Positions 1 to 9,829 of a stretch of 64,000 bases of DNA are shown one piece after another. This DNA comes from a virus. The stretch is taken from IMG/VR virus record IMGVR_UViG_3300038457_000086, positions 3,097 to 67,096 of that record. One strand, written 5' to 3'. The notes below the pieces were generated by a model that searched no databases, was not told where the DNA came from, and was given only the letters and a program-made list of their open reading frames with translations. A program made the position numbers and the translations under genes. Position 1 is the first letter of the stretch; each line of letters opens with the position of its first letter.

Positions 1-2
1 GC

Positions 3-235
3 ATTATGAGACTCCGTCTTATTTATGCTTTGGGTTCCGAGGGGTAAGCGACCCTGAGCGCACCGGGGTTTGGGGTGGTCGGGCTTCCGGCTGCTGGTTC
101 GATGGGTGCGTTGCACATCCGGCAGACCGTGGGCTGTCCTGCGAGGAGGGACTGGTTGACTGCGTTGTGGGGGCAAATCGTGCTTGGGCCTTCCATCGTG
201 CGCTCCTTTGATTATGAGACTGAGTCTTGTTTATG
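3..235. repeat. Pair of 25-bp AT-rich direct repeats (3-27, 211-235)
   Basis: attatgagactccgtcttatttatg vs attatgagactgagtcttgtttatg, 22/25 identical, with internal AGAC-N3-GTCT dyad. Confidence 0.8.
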
Positions 236-526
236 GGCTTGGAATGCGAGGATCGCCCGTTCCACATCCTGCTGGTACTCGGGCGCATCGGCACAGGCAT
301 CCCTGTGGGCTTCGAGGGCTGCTACGGCATGGGGACCGCCCGCGCGGAGGAGAAACATTGGTTCCCCTACCGGGAACGTGAAGCGAGCGCCGAGCTTGTC
401 CAGGTCGACATTCGCGAGATCCTCGGGCGAAAGAAGAGCGGCAAGGATGGTGCCTACATCCCCATCGGGGAACAGCCGGCCATAGCGCTGGTCGTGCGGT
501 GGGACGACGCGAAGACGGTCAGGCAT
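212..526 (-). CDS. Hypothetical protein
   Basis: ATG at 526 overlaps the end of the upstream gene; protein-like composition. Confidence 0.55.
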   Translation of the reverse strand: MPDRLRVVPPHDQRYGRLFPDGDVGTILAALLSPEDLANVDLDKLGARFTFPVGEPMFLLRAGGPHAVAALEAHRDACADAPEYQQDVERAILAFQAHKQDSVS

Positions 527-716
527 TAGATTCACCGGGGTACCCAGCCGCGATCCCTGCCGGTGAGATATTGGGAGCGGCCGTAGGTTTCTGGGCGACG
601 GCACGCGCTTCCGGTTCCAGGGGCGCTCCGCACTTGCGGCATTTCGTAATCATGCCTGGGACCCTGACTTGTTCTTCAGCGTCGTGTGGGCAGATCGTTG
701 CGAGGTTCTGAGGCAT
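519..716 (-). CDS. Small protein with Cys/His pairs (zinc-ribbon-like)
   Basis: CPH...CRKC motifs; AGGAG RBS upstream. Confidence 0.55.
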   Translation of the reverse strand: MPQNLATICPHDAEEQVRVPGMITKCRKCGAPLEPEARAVAQKPTAAPNISPAGIAAGYPGESNA

Positions 717-725
717 ACTGCTCCT

Positions 726-1109
726 TTAGATCGAGCTGTTGGCGACCCAGTAGACGCTTTCGCCAGCGGCAATGACATTACCCCCGGCCTGGACGCGGTA
801 CTCCCAACGGCCAGGGAGGGATGCTGCGACGATGGTCTGCCATACCCCGAGGCTCACGCGTTCCACCGAGGGTCGCGAAATGGTCCCTTGGGGGGAGCGG
901 ATCTCGCATACGACGGTCGTCGGTTCGACCGCTTCGTCTGCATCCAAGAAGGAGGCCATGATCGCGATATCGTTGCCGAGTGGTATCGGCTCCGTCGACG
1001 GCATCTGGGGGCTCGTTCGTATCTCAAGCACGAGTTCGGCTGTGATGATCGGGCTCACCGCACCCTCCCCCCCGTAATAGGTGTTCCCATAGGCTGAAGC
1101 TCCGTACAT
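726..1109 (-). CDS. Putative Ig-like virion accessory protein
   Basis: Beta-rich pattern (SPQG, GVWQ, PGRWEYRV); RBS-preceded ATG at 1109. Confidence 0.5.
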   Translation of the reverse strand: MYGASAYGNTYYGGEGAVSPIITAELVLEIRTSPQMPSTEPIPLGNDIAIMASFLDADEAVEPTTVVCEIRSPQGTISRPSVERVSLGVWQTIVAASLPGRWEYRVQAGGNVIAAGESVYWVANSSI

Positions 1110-1498
1110 TTCGTGACCCTTCGTTGCGCTACGTGTCGCGGCCACCTGGTATCGGCATCATGGGCGGCCGACGACGACCCACCGGTGCCAGCAGCTCAGT
1201 GGTCCCGAGACCGCCGAGATAGATCGACGTGACATCGAGCCGAACGTGACCGAGCGTCCGTTTCGCAGACAGGGCACGGGCCATGCTTCCACTTCTCCGT
1301 GAACCACTGGTTGAGCTTGTCGGGGTCGAGTTCCACAGCCGCCTACTCGCTCGTGCGCTCCATAGATCCGAGGCTACCATCTGCGCCCTCCCGGCGTCGA
1401 GTCGGCTACGCATTGCTCGAACGATCCCCTCGCGGTCGGCTGTGCCGAAGGTCACGCACAGCGACAGCCGCAGCCGCGACCCTAACCGTCGGTGATCT

Positions 1499-1846
1499 TC
1501 AAGGCTTCGCGGCCCGTTTGGGCTTTGCTTTCGCTCGCCGTGCCGCACGGTTTGGTGGTTTGATTGCGGGCGCGCTGCTGGAGGACGAGAGAACGCGCTC
1601 AGCGGCCGTCGTAGCCTTCGTTTTCGCTCGACGTGCTGCACGATTCGGCGGCGGCGGCTCGGACGCCGCATCGAGCTTCGCCTGCCATTCGGCAAACTCG
1701 CGCGGGAACCGCTCAGAGCTATACGTCGGCCATTCACTCGCGGGGATCATCGTCGCGGGGTGCTCAAGCTCCACCATGTTCTCCCCGTCGTCGAGAAGCA
1801 CGACCGGCTGTACAGCGACCTTGACGAGACGTAGCTTGGCGCTCAT
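1499..1846 (-). CDS. Hypothetical protein with two PNRAARRAK basic repeats
   Basis: ATGA overlap with the fibre gene stop; duplicated Arg-rich motif. Confidence 0.6.
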   Translation of the reverse strand: MSAKLRLVKVAVQPVVLLDDGENMVELEHPATMIPASEWPTYSSERFPREFAEWQAKLDAASEPPPPNRAARRAKTKATTAAERVLSSSSSAPAIKPPNRAARRAKAKPKRAAKP

Positions 1847-4206
1847 CCCATCACCGAGCCAAATAGCTGCAACCCAGCAGTCGGTGCGGTCCCGAACGTG
1901 ATTTCCACTTCGGAAGCGGAGATCGGCTTCCACGTGAAGTTCCCCGCGCCGGCGGCGTTCAACATTCCTTCTTCCGGTTCTTCCGCAGCCGCTTTCTGAA
2001 CCATGACATGGACGAGCCTCGTTTCGAGTTTGTGTTTGACCACGAATTTGACTAGGGCGTTGTCCCCCGTAAGCGTGAAGCCGACCTTCTGGCAAGGTGT
2101 GAGAGCTGTAGCCAGGACCGCTTTTTCGGCCTGTTTAGCGGGCTTAGCGGCAGGAGCCCCGAGCTGTTTGGTCGTGACCGTTGCGTTAGTGAGCTTTTCC
2201 CCGGTGATCGTTTCTTTGGCGATGAGCGCCGCCGTGATCGCCAGAAGTTTGATCTGAGGCGCATCGACGGACGCCAGGACGAGCTTCGCCGCCGAGATGG
2301 TTTCTTTTTTGATCGCGGCTGCTTCTACAGCTTCCGCGCCGAGCTTCGCGGCGGTGACAGCGCCAGCGGCGAGCTGGCCGCTTTCCACTGCGAGCAGTTT
2401 GATCTTTTCCGTGGTGACCGCTTCTTTAGCAAGGGCCGCTGCGGCTACGGCTTCAGCGTTTAGCGTGATCGTCGTCGCCGAAAGCGTCCCGAAGACTTTC
2501 ACTGTTTTGCCTGAGAAGTCTCCCAGGATCAAAGGTTCGGTGGTTTCCGAGTTACTGATGTAGAGCTTGTTGGAGCCTAACTCTTTCTTTCCCGCTTCGT
2601 TGCCAAGGAACAAGTTGCCTTCGCCTTCGTTTTCGTATCCCGAGTAGCTGCCCAGTGCAACTTGTTTTTTACCCGTTTTCGATTTCGCTAGCGCGTGTCC
2701 GCCTACGGCCACGCAGTTGGCGGCGGTGGTTATCGCGGTGCCAGCAGCGAATCCCAACCCGGTGTTTTCATTACCTGTACTGTGCTGCAAAGCGGCCTGC
2801 CCGAACGCGCTACTTCCAAACCCGGTTTTGTTTTCGTTCAACGCATACGATCCAAACGCACTGTTTTTTTCACCTCCGGTGTTTGCCGCGAGGGTGCCAA
2901 ACCCTCCGAACGCCGCGTTATCCGAGCCCCCGATATTTAGGGCCAGCGCGCTGGCCCCGAACGCTGCCAGATGCGATCCTGTCGTGTTTTCCTTTGCCGC
3001 AAATGCGCCTACCGCCGTGTTGTTGTTCCCAGTCTTCTGGGACATCAAAGCCCAAAGGCCCAGCGCCGTGTTTTCTTCCCCTGACGTGAGTTCAACTCCG
3101 GCCCACTCACCTAGCAGCGTATTGCCGCCACCATAGGTAAGGCTCCGGCCCGCCTCGAACCCTATCGCCGTGTTGTCTTCGCACGACGCCGACAGGATCA
3201 TCACGGTAGACGCAGCTTTTAGTTCCGCGCCACCGATCGTGACGATGTTTTCACCTTTACCGTATTTTTCTTCGATCTGCGCTTGCGTCACCGGATATCC
3301 GCCAGCCTGGATAAGTTCAAATTCAGTGCCCGCCGCCCCGACGATCCAGTAAGGCAAGCCCTTTTCTATCCCAGTGACGCCGGGTGTGATTTCCGAGAAC
3401 GTGATGTTAGGTATGTTGTTGGTTTTCCAGTTGACGGTCACGGCCCCCGACGGCATGTGAAACTTTTGGGAGGCGATCGCTGTACCCGCTGACGGTTTGC
3501 CCTGTTCGATGACACCGTTGAGGTGTTGTAGAGCCCCGGAACCCAATGCCGTGTGATTGAAGTGTTTTTCCTGTTCAACTTTGGACGCGGCTGCAAGCGC
3601 GACGAGTGCATTGACGCCCACGCCCAAGCTGGAGCCCGCATATGCGGACTGAACGTGGAGCTGTTCTTCGAGTTCTTTCTGGGTCTTTGCCACCCCCGAC
3701 CCAGCAGAGTTTTCACTCCACGTCAAGAGCGTCGTATCGACCGTCACTTTCCCGACGTTTGCCATCACCCACACCGACCCAGCGTGTTCTTTACCAGCAA
3801 CGATCGGCTCGAACGTCCCATACTGTTCACTCCCAGACACAAACCCTGCCGGCCTGACCCACGCCCCCGCCTTCACTTCCCACGGCCCATTCTGCGATTT
3901 CACAGTCTGCCCCACCAACAACACAATCTGGTTAGCGACCAACGTCACTTCATCCGTTTCCCCTTTCGCAGGGATACCCGTAAGCGACGCAATATTCCCA
4001 GTCGCGACAGCCGTGGCAGCCGGGAGTTCCGTCTTCTTGACCGCTTCCCCGGCAATCTGTTCCGCTTCCGCCTTGGTGAGGTTCGCGCCCCACGCATAGC
4101 CATTGGAGCCATTCGCTATAGGCACCAGAGCGTTGCCTGCGCCACTGCTGCTTACCACCGAGGCGGGCAATTGCACTTGGCCGCTGGACAAAACCTTTAC
4201 GCTCAT
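1843..4206 (-). CDS. Fibre/adhesin-like virion protein with YadA-head-like and AVT-x-x-KL repeats
   Basis: Many ~14-residue repeats (NTAIGFEA, NTALGLWAL, NNTAVGAFA, NSAFGSYAL); C-terminal AVTTEKIK/AVTAAKLG repeats; N-terminal VLLVGQTVKSQNGPW fibre motif. Confidence 0.75.
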   Translation of the reverse strand: MSVKVLSSGQVQLPASVVSSSGAGNALVPIANGSNGYAWGANLTKAEAEQIAGEAVKKTELPAATAVATGNIASLTGIPAKGETDEVTLVANQIVLLVGQTVKSQNGPWEVKAGAWVRPAGFVSGSEQYGTFEPIVAGKEHAGSVWVMANVGKVTVDTTLLTWSENSAGSGVAKTQKELEEQLHVQSAYAGSSLGVGVNALVALAAASKVEQEKHFNHTALGSGALQHLNGVIEQGKPSAGTAIASQKFHMPSGAVTVNWKTNNIPNITFSEITPGVTGIEKGLPYWIVGAAGTEFELIQAGGYPVTQAQIEEKYGKGENIVTIGGAELKAASTVMILSASCEDNTAIGFEAGRSLTYGGGNTLLGEWAGVELTSGEENTALGLWALMSQKTGNNNTAVGAFAAKENTTGSHLAAFGASALALNIGGSDNAAFGGFGTLAANTGGEKNSAFGSYALNENKTGFGSSAFGQAALQHSTGNENTGLGFAAGTAITTAANCVAVGGHALAKSKTGKKQVALGSYSGYENEGEGNLFLGNEAGKKELGSNKLYISNSETTEPLILGDFSGKTVKVFGTLSATTITLNAEAVAAAALAKEAVTTEKIKLLAVESGQLAAGAVTAAKLGAEAVEAAAIKKETISAAKLVLASVDAPQIKLLAITAALIAKETITGEKLTNATVTTKQLGAPAAKPAKQAEKAVLATALTPCQKVGFTLTGDNALVKFVVKHKLETRLVHVMVQKAAAEEPEEGMLNAAGAGNFTWKPISASEVEITFGTAPTAGLQLFGSVMG

Positions 4207-4241
4207 ATCAGTTTCCTTTCACTGCATAGCGACAGTCACGA

Positions 4242-7200
4242 CTAGCCCTCGATACCTGCGATAGCCCACGCGAAGTTCGTGCCCCAGCCCACGACCGGTG
4301 TCGCTGATCGCAACGACGCATCGGCTGGCAGCGGCATCATCCCTTTTTCTGCAAAGACCGTTTCATCGGGGGTTGCCGCAGTTACAAAGTAAAGCGGGTC
4401 TTCCGTCGCCCAGGACGCGGTGCGTATTTCGGCAGTCGAGCCTGTTTCCTGAAAGGACAGCACGAAGAAGTAGGACCGGCCAGCCATCAGCCACACAGGA
4501 GCTATCAACGGCACGTACTTGCGACCCGTTGCTCCGTTGATGACCCCTTTGACGGCTCCCGAATGGCCCAGCAGGTTGAATCCCTCGTCGTAGATGCCGA
4601 TGTCTATTTCGCCGTTGGCTTCTGCTTTGGCAGACAGCGCGAACGCGAGCTCGGTGATCCGCATGTTGCGCGCCGGGACGACCCTATGTCCCCTGGCTAC
4701 TCCGGCTTGCCCCGACCCCTGCGTTGACCACACCCAGCCCGGACTCGGCGGACCAGGACCGATCCCTGCCTTGCGTAGATCGGGACCGTCACCCGCACCC
4801 GCTTGTTCTAGCTGGATCTTGTTCAGCAGCGTGATGAGCGTCAGTTGGGATTCGGGAGTGACGGCCTTCGACGGGTGGAGGGCACGTGGCTGGACGAGAT
4901 CAACGGCCACTGGTTTCGCCGTCGTCCATGTCACGAGGTCGGCGGAGTCGCTGTAGTAGGTGACACCCTGCCCGTAGCGGTCCATGTAGATGCGCCACGG
5001 GTTCGGGCTGTTGCCGGTGTTGATGACCTGCGGTGCCTCGTATCCGTCGCCCCAGCCTGCCCAATCTCCTTTTGTCCAGGCAGACCATGTCCCGTGAAGC
5101 GCGGTTGCGGTAGCCTTCCAGATGTAGGTTACGCCGCCGGATTCCTTGGCAAACGCCACGTATTCGCCAGGCGCCTTGATGACAACAACGGTGTCTAGGG
5201 CGGTGTTTTCCATGCCTGGGAGTTCTTTTGGAGCCGACCACGCTGTCATCGCTTCGTTCGTCGGGTGCATCTCGTAAACCGCATTGACGAGGATATGCAC
5301 CGACCCGTCGCTGTCCACAAACCAGTTGGGTGTCCAGACGGGTTTCTGGCCGGTCACGGTCACCGGACCGATCTGGGTCCAGTTGATCAGGTCCGGCGAA
5401 GTTGCCAGCCCGAAGGTTTCATCTTCCCCGCCTATCTTTTCGTTGGAGTATGCCAGCCACCAGAGGCCGTTGTGCCAGAGAAGTGAGGCGTTGCGGACGT
5501 AGGTGGCGAAGTTCGGCGGCTGGTAGCTACGCCAAGTAATCCCGTCGGCTGAGACGCCGATGAATAGCTGCTGGATTTGGTAGTTGTTCGCCGCGCCCCG
5601 AAAGTAGGGTGCAACATAGAGCGGGGGGGCGGCTCTTACGACTCCGGTACTGTCAGTTACCACCGAGGCGGGCAACTGACCCGCTTTGATGTTATACGCT
5701 TCGAGTTCCGCAAGCGTCACGAACCCGCTGATTCCTACTCCCGGCACCGACACGTACAGCGTCGAACCATCCGGGCTGTAAACATCCACTTCGACCGACG
5801 CTTCTTTTTCGGTATTGATCGGGGCTACGGCGGTATGCGTACCGTCCGAAATCGTAAGAGTATGGCCCCCGGTGCCGTCCTGTGTGAGCAGAAGCTTGGC
5901 CCGCGCCCCAACAGCGATCCCGGTGAGCGTGACCGTCGTGTTCTGCGTCAGGGTGCCGTAGAGCCACGCTTCCTTGTTCTGAGCAACGGCCAGAGATGTA
6001 CTTGCGGCCAAGTTGCCAGGCGTTTCAGCGCTTCCAGTAACCACCGAACTCAGGAGCGGCACCGAGCCGCCCCCAACAGCCGGTGCTTTCCTCGCCGGGT
6101 CCGTCCCGATGACCTCGGCGGAGACAGCCGCCGCAGCCCCGGATTTGTCACTCGCCGCTTCGGCTTCGGTCTTCGCGGTCGCCGCAGCCCCGGCTTTGTC
6201 CGATGCGGCTTCCGCTGCTGCCTTGGCGGTCGTAGCAACCTCGTGCGCAAACGCGGTAGTCGCGAGCTGCGTGTTGCTGGTCACTTCGGCGGCTGTCGGG
6301 GCGGTCGGGGTGCCCGTCAGCGCCGGTGATGCTAGGGGTGCCTTCAGGTTCTCCGCGGCTTCCGCGCGTTCCTTCTCCACTTTCACGTCAGCCGCAGCGG
6401 TGCCCGCCGGGTCGGAGCTCGTTTCCGCTTCGCCCTTCGCTACCTGGACGGCTGCCATCGTCGCGAGCTGCGTCGTGTTCGTTTTCGCGGCAGCAGTTGG
6501 GGCAGTCGGTGTCCCTGTGAGAGCGGGCGACGCCTTGGGCGCAAGCAGCCCCTCTGCCGTTTCAGCGCGCGTCTTCTCGACTGCGACCTCGGCTTCCGAG
6601 ACTACTTTCGCCGCCGCCTCGGCGACGGACTCTGAGGCGGCTTCGGCTTCGCCCCTTGCGGTCTGCACGAACTGATCCGTGGCGATCGCCGTCGTATTGT
6701 CTTTCGCGGTCTGGGTTGGGGCTTTGGGCGTGCCTGTGAGGGCGGGAGACGCGAGCGGAGCGAGGAGCGACTCTGCGGCCTCCGCGCGAGCGGTCTCGGC
6801 CGTCAGCGCGGTCGTTGAAGCCTTCGTTGCCTCGGCCGTTTCAGCCCGAGCCTTCTCCGTCGCGGTTTCGCCTTTGGCGGTCGAAATGCCGGTCGAGAGA
6901 GCGCTCTCCACTCCCTCCGCGCGCGAAGTCTCGGTGGTGATCGCCGTGGCGTTGATGGCCTCGGCTGCCTCGGCGCGCGCCTGCTCGACGGCGACTTCTG
7001 CTTTCGCCGCGCTGCTCCCGGTTTCGATGAGGATCTTGAGGTCTTCGATCGTCTTCGCGGTGAGCATGTCCGCGAACTGCCAGCCCGGTTCGATCTGCTT
7101 CGCCGAGGTCTCCTCCTCCTCTCGAGCGCTTAGGGCCACCGAGTCCTGGCTGATGCTTTCCACGCGGACGATCTCCGCATTCGAGGCGGTGGGCATTACA

Positions 7201-7349
7201 CCAGGGGGCCATACCGTCGCATTGAACGGCGGCTCGGGCATGATCTCGCCGCCGCCCGCGTTCAAGACGAGCGCCAGTCCGCTCCCAGGGGGAGATGGCG
7301 CGACCGCGACAGCGGACAGCGCGAAATTGCGTCGTGCATCGATACTCAT
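4242..7349 (-). CDS. Tail fibre/spike with C-terminal beta-propeller glycoside hydrolase-like (GH43/GH32-like) domain
   Basis: Three AP-x-ASPALTGTP-x-APT fibre repeats and Ala/Glu coiled coil; SADGITW, SPDLINW, SADLVTW and YEAPQV motifs. Confidence 0.7.
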   Translation of the reverse strand: MSIDARRNFALSAVAVAPSPPGSGLALVLNAGGGEIMPEPPFNATVWPPGVMPTASNAEIVRVESISQDSVALSAREEEETSAKQIEPGWQFADMLTAKTIEDLKILIETGSSAAKAEVAVEQARAEAAEAINATAITTETSRAEGVESALSTGISTAKGETATEKARAETAEATKASTTALTAETARAEAAESLLAPLASPALTGTPKAPTQTAKDNTTAIATDQFVQTARGEAEAASESVAEAAAKVVSEAEVAVEKTRAETAEGLLAPKASPALTGTPTAPTAAAKTNTTQLATMAAVQVAKGEAETSSDPAGTAAADVKVEKERAEAAENLKAPLASPALTGTPTAPTAAEVTSNTQLATTAFAHEVATTAKAAAEAASDKAGAAATAKTEAEAASDKSGAAAAVSAEVIGTDPARKAPAVGGGSVPLLSSVVTGSAETPGNLAASTSLAVAQNKEAWLYGTLTQNTTVTLTGIAVGARAKLLLTQDGTGGHTLTISDGTHTAVAPINTEKEASVEVDVYSPDGSTLYVSVPGVGISGFVTLAELEAYNIKAGQLPASVVTDSTGVVRAAPPLYVAPYFRGAANNYQIQQLFIGVSADGITWRSYQPPNFATYVRNASLLWHNGLWWLAYSNEKIGGEDETFGLATSPDLINWTQIGPVTVTGQKPVWTPNWFVDSDGSVHILVNAVYEMHPTNEAMTAWSAPKELPGMENTALDTVVVIKAPGEYVAFAKESGGVTYIWKATATALHGTWSAWTKGDWAGWGDGYEAPQVINTGNSPNPWRIYMDRYGQGVTYYSDSADLVTWTTAKPVAVDLVQPRALHPSKAVTPESQLTLITLLNKIQLEQAGAGDGPDLRKAGIGPGPPSPGWVWSTQGSGQAGVARGHRVVPARNMRITELAFALSAKAEANGEIDIGIYDEGFNLLGHSGAVKGVINGATGRKYVPLIAPVWLMAGRSYFFVLSFQETGSTAEIRTASWATEDPLYFVTAATPDETVFAEKGMMPLPADASLRSATPVVGWGTNFAWAIAGIEG

Positions 7350-7367
7350 GGGACTCCTCGAGGGGGG

Positions 7368-7589
7368 TCAGCAGGTCAAGTGGTCCAGCGAAATGTTGTG
7401 CTGGCGAAACCGCAGGTCGCTACGGGCTTGCCGATGCAGGAGCGGTTCCAGCGCGCGGGCTTGCTCGGGCGTGAGCTGCGAGAGAACCCAGCCATCTTCC
7501 GCAGTGCGCCACGGTACGAGCCGGTTCAAGCCGCGTGCATCCCCGCGCGAGGGCGGCGTGCTCTCAGTAGTCCTATGCCGCATGGGCAT
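7368..7589 (-). CDS. Hypothetical protein
   Basis: Fills the gap between adjacent minus-strand genes; start uncertain. Confidence 0.3.
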   Translation of the reverse strand: MPMRHRTTESTPPSRGDARGLNRLVPWRTAEDGWVLSQLTPEQARALEPLLHRQARSDLRFRQHNISLDHLTC

Positions 7590-8169
7590 CCTTTGTGGTC
7601 ACGCAACTCCCCGCAGCTTCCCGGAGACATTCCCCGCACATGCTCGACGGACGCTCGATGATCTTCCATCGCCATCCGTTGCTTGTCCATACCCGTGACC
7701 GTCGCGTCGTCCTCCCCCGGGGGTTCTGGCCGCACTGCAGGCACCGGTCTACATGATCAATCGGCACTTCCTCCTCGGCTTCCCCGCCGAGTGCCACCAG
7801 GATCTCCAGAAGGGTTGCGCGCCAGCGTCGCCCAACCGTTCTGCGGCCCAATCCCAGCCTCGAGGCGACTTCCTCATCTGTATATCCCTGCAGCCGGAGC
7901 TGCGTGAGCGCAATATTCTCCTTGTTCACGCGGATACGGGCCGCAGCCATGTTGACCTCACTCCACCGAGCGATGAAAGGTGCGTCGCCGTCATCCACCG
8001 CATTCGTGTCGTGGGATTCGTCGCTACCGAGTCGTCCGATGCTATCCCTGAGCCCCGCGGCATATTCCAAGGCCTCCTGATGGTCGAGGCTCAAGAGGAA
8101 CGCGACCTCATTACGGGTGTAGCCGACCCTACGGAAATCCCGGCTGGTCTCGATTGTGCTGGCGGCCAT
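7573..8169 (-). CDS. Sigma-70 region 4/LuxR-like HTH protein with C-terminal Zn finger; candidate late transcription activator
   Basis: QGYTDEEVASRLGLGRRTVGRRW HTH; CLQC...CGEC; GGAG RBS; position at the end of the early operon. Confidence 0.65.
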   Translation of the reverse strand: MAASTIETSRDFRRVGYTRNEVAFLLSLDHQEALEYAAGLRDSIGRLGSDESHDTNAVDDGDAPFIARWSEVNMAAARIRVNKENIALTQLRLQGYTDEEVASRLGLGRRTVGRRWRATLLEILVALGGEAEEEVPIDHVDRCLQCGQNPRGRTTRRSRVWTSNGWRWKIIERPSSMCGECLREAAGSCVTTKDAHAA

Positions 8170-8414
8170 TGATTCTCCCGTCCGAAGGTTTTGGGAATAT
8201 TCCGTCGCACGTTGAGGAGCGTGTGTCCAGCAATGTCTCGACCAGGGCCCGCTCTGCCAAGAAGCGGGCCTTCGTCGTTCCAAGGGGGGCTACACGCTCT
8301 TCATCTCCTCGATCGCGGCGCGTGCTGTCTTCTGCGCGCCCTCAGCGGTCCACTCGCCACGAGCGATGCTGCGCAACGCGCCAGCAGCTACGTGGAGACG
8401 GTTCATCATGGATG

Positions 8415-8671
8415 ATGGGGTATCCACTTAGATGACCTCACAAGAGTTTGATCTGCGGCGTGAGCAGATTCCGGTAGGGATGAGGTTCGGTCACGACGCC
8501 CTGCTCAATCAGCCGGTAGAACAGCAGGCCCCTGGAGCGGCTTGCGCGTCGGTTGAAGCGGAACACGTACTCGTCGCAGTAGTAGTCCAACTGCTCACGG
8601 CTCATGCCGCCTTGGTGCGTTCCGAGAAGCCACCGCTTCAAGAGCGGCGCGACGCGGTGCGCGTGCGGCAT
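8415..8671 (-). mobile_element. IS1595-family transposase C-terminal remnant plus terminal inverted repeat
   Basis: HRVAPLLKRWLLGTHQG...LDYYCDEYVFRFNRR...LFYRL is the typical IS1595 transposase C-terminus; TIR atggggtatccacttagatgacc from 8415. Confidence 0.85.
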
Positions 8672-8966
8672 CCACGTTGACCGCTACGTGCGCGAGCGCC
8701 GCGAATGGCTTGACGCCTACAAGCGGGAGCGCGGGTGCCTGGACTGCGGCACGACCGAGGGACGACTGGACTTCGACCATCGGCCCAGCACCGACAAGCG
8801 GCTCAATCTCGGCCGTCCGCGAGCGTCTTGGGCAACGATCAAGGCTGAGGTTGCCAAGTGCGACGTGCGATGCGCGAGCTGCCACACGAAACGTCATGCT
8901 GCCGCCTCCCCGGGATTACGAAGTCCCTCAAGCTCAACCGTCCCGAGTGAGCCATCCCCGGCGTAG
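8670..8966 (+). pseudogene. HNH endonuclease fragment (no clear start)
   Basis: YKRERGCLDCG...LDFDH...AEVAKCDVRCASCH; 5' end abuts the transposase remnant. Confidence 0.65.
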
Positions 8967-9511
8967 TCCCAGCCGAAACGCGCACGGCGAGCAAAACACT
9001 CAAGACGCGGGGCCGGGCTCGCCTGCTCAACAACATCGAGGAAAGCGTCGGGCTTAGCCGAATGGGTCGGGCCGCCGCCGTGGATGTAGGGGCGCGACCA
9101 CTCCCACCATGTGCGCTCGACCCGGGAGAGGGCCGGGAGCGTGCCTTTGCGGGCGAACAGCACGAACTCCGTCGTATTGACGAACGTCCCGCCGAGGCCG
9201 AGGCCCATCGGCTTCTTGCACCACGTCAGGAGCGTCGAAGGCCTGAACCCCCACGCTCGCGCCACGGCGTAAGCCTCGGGCAGATAGGCGTTGACGGCCC
9301 ACAGGTACAGATGCGCGTCGTCAGCGGCTAGGTCACGAATCGAGAGCGCTTCGATCTCCGCGATCGACAGCCGCTCATACGGCACCACGGATCGCTTGCC
9401 AGCCGTTCCCTGCCCGCGTTCCCAGTAGCCGCCGCTCGACGCCGTGCGCGGGCCACTGTCCTTGATCGGCCACGGCGGATCGGCGACGATTGTGCGGTAC
9501 TTGCCGCTCAC
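8894..9511 (-). CDS. MT-A70-family N6-adenine methyltransferase
   Basis: IVADPPW, HLYLW, TWCK, TEFVLFARKG, HSAKP, LECFAR motifs. Confidence 0.9.
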   Translation of the reverse strand: MSGKYRTIVADPPWPIKDSGPRTASSGGYWERGQGTAGKRSVVPYERLSIAEIEALSIRDLAADDAHLYLWAVNAYLPEAYAVARAWGFRPSTLLTWCKKPMGLGLGGTFVNTTEFVLFARKGTLPALSRVERTWWEWSRPYIHGGGPTHSAKPDAFLDVVEQASPAPRLECFARRARFGWDYAGDGSLGTVELEGLRNPGEAAA

Positions 9512-9523
9512 GAGAGCACCTCG

Positions 9524-9829
9524 TCACCCATCCTTGTCCTCCTTACCCGAACCGAGCCGCTCCTGCTCGGTGTCCCGCACGCCAAGAATGGACATCGCAA
9601 TCTCTCTAGCATCCTTCTTACGGCTAGGCCGAAGATCGTCCACGATGAGTTGCTGAATGCGCCAGATCTCGCCCTCGTCCGGTCGCTCGGTGTCCTCACG
9701 GCCGGCGCCGATCAGTTCATCAACGATGGCACCTTTCCGCGGCTCCTCACGGGCAGCGCGAGCAGCTTCTCTGATACCGAGCCGTGGACGGCCAGGCGTG
9801 TCGATGCGCGGGTGAAGGCGAAACCTCAC
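9524..9829 (-). CDS. Modular early protein (AAREEP-REDTERP-VRDTEQE joints)
   Basis: Three repeat joints; module shared with 24333..25235. Confidence 0.7.
   Translation of the reverse strand: MRFRLHPRIDTPGRPRLGIREAARAAREEPRKGAIVDELIGAGREDTERPDEGEIWRIQQLIVDDLRPSRKKDAREIAMSILGVRDTEQERLGSGKEDKDG

Noticed and set aside
1843-7349. Diversity-generating retroelement acting on fibres
   Set aside because: No reverse transcriptase, and I saw no TR/VR pair with adenine-specific mismatches
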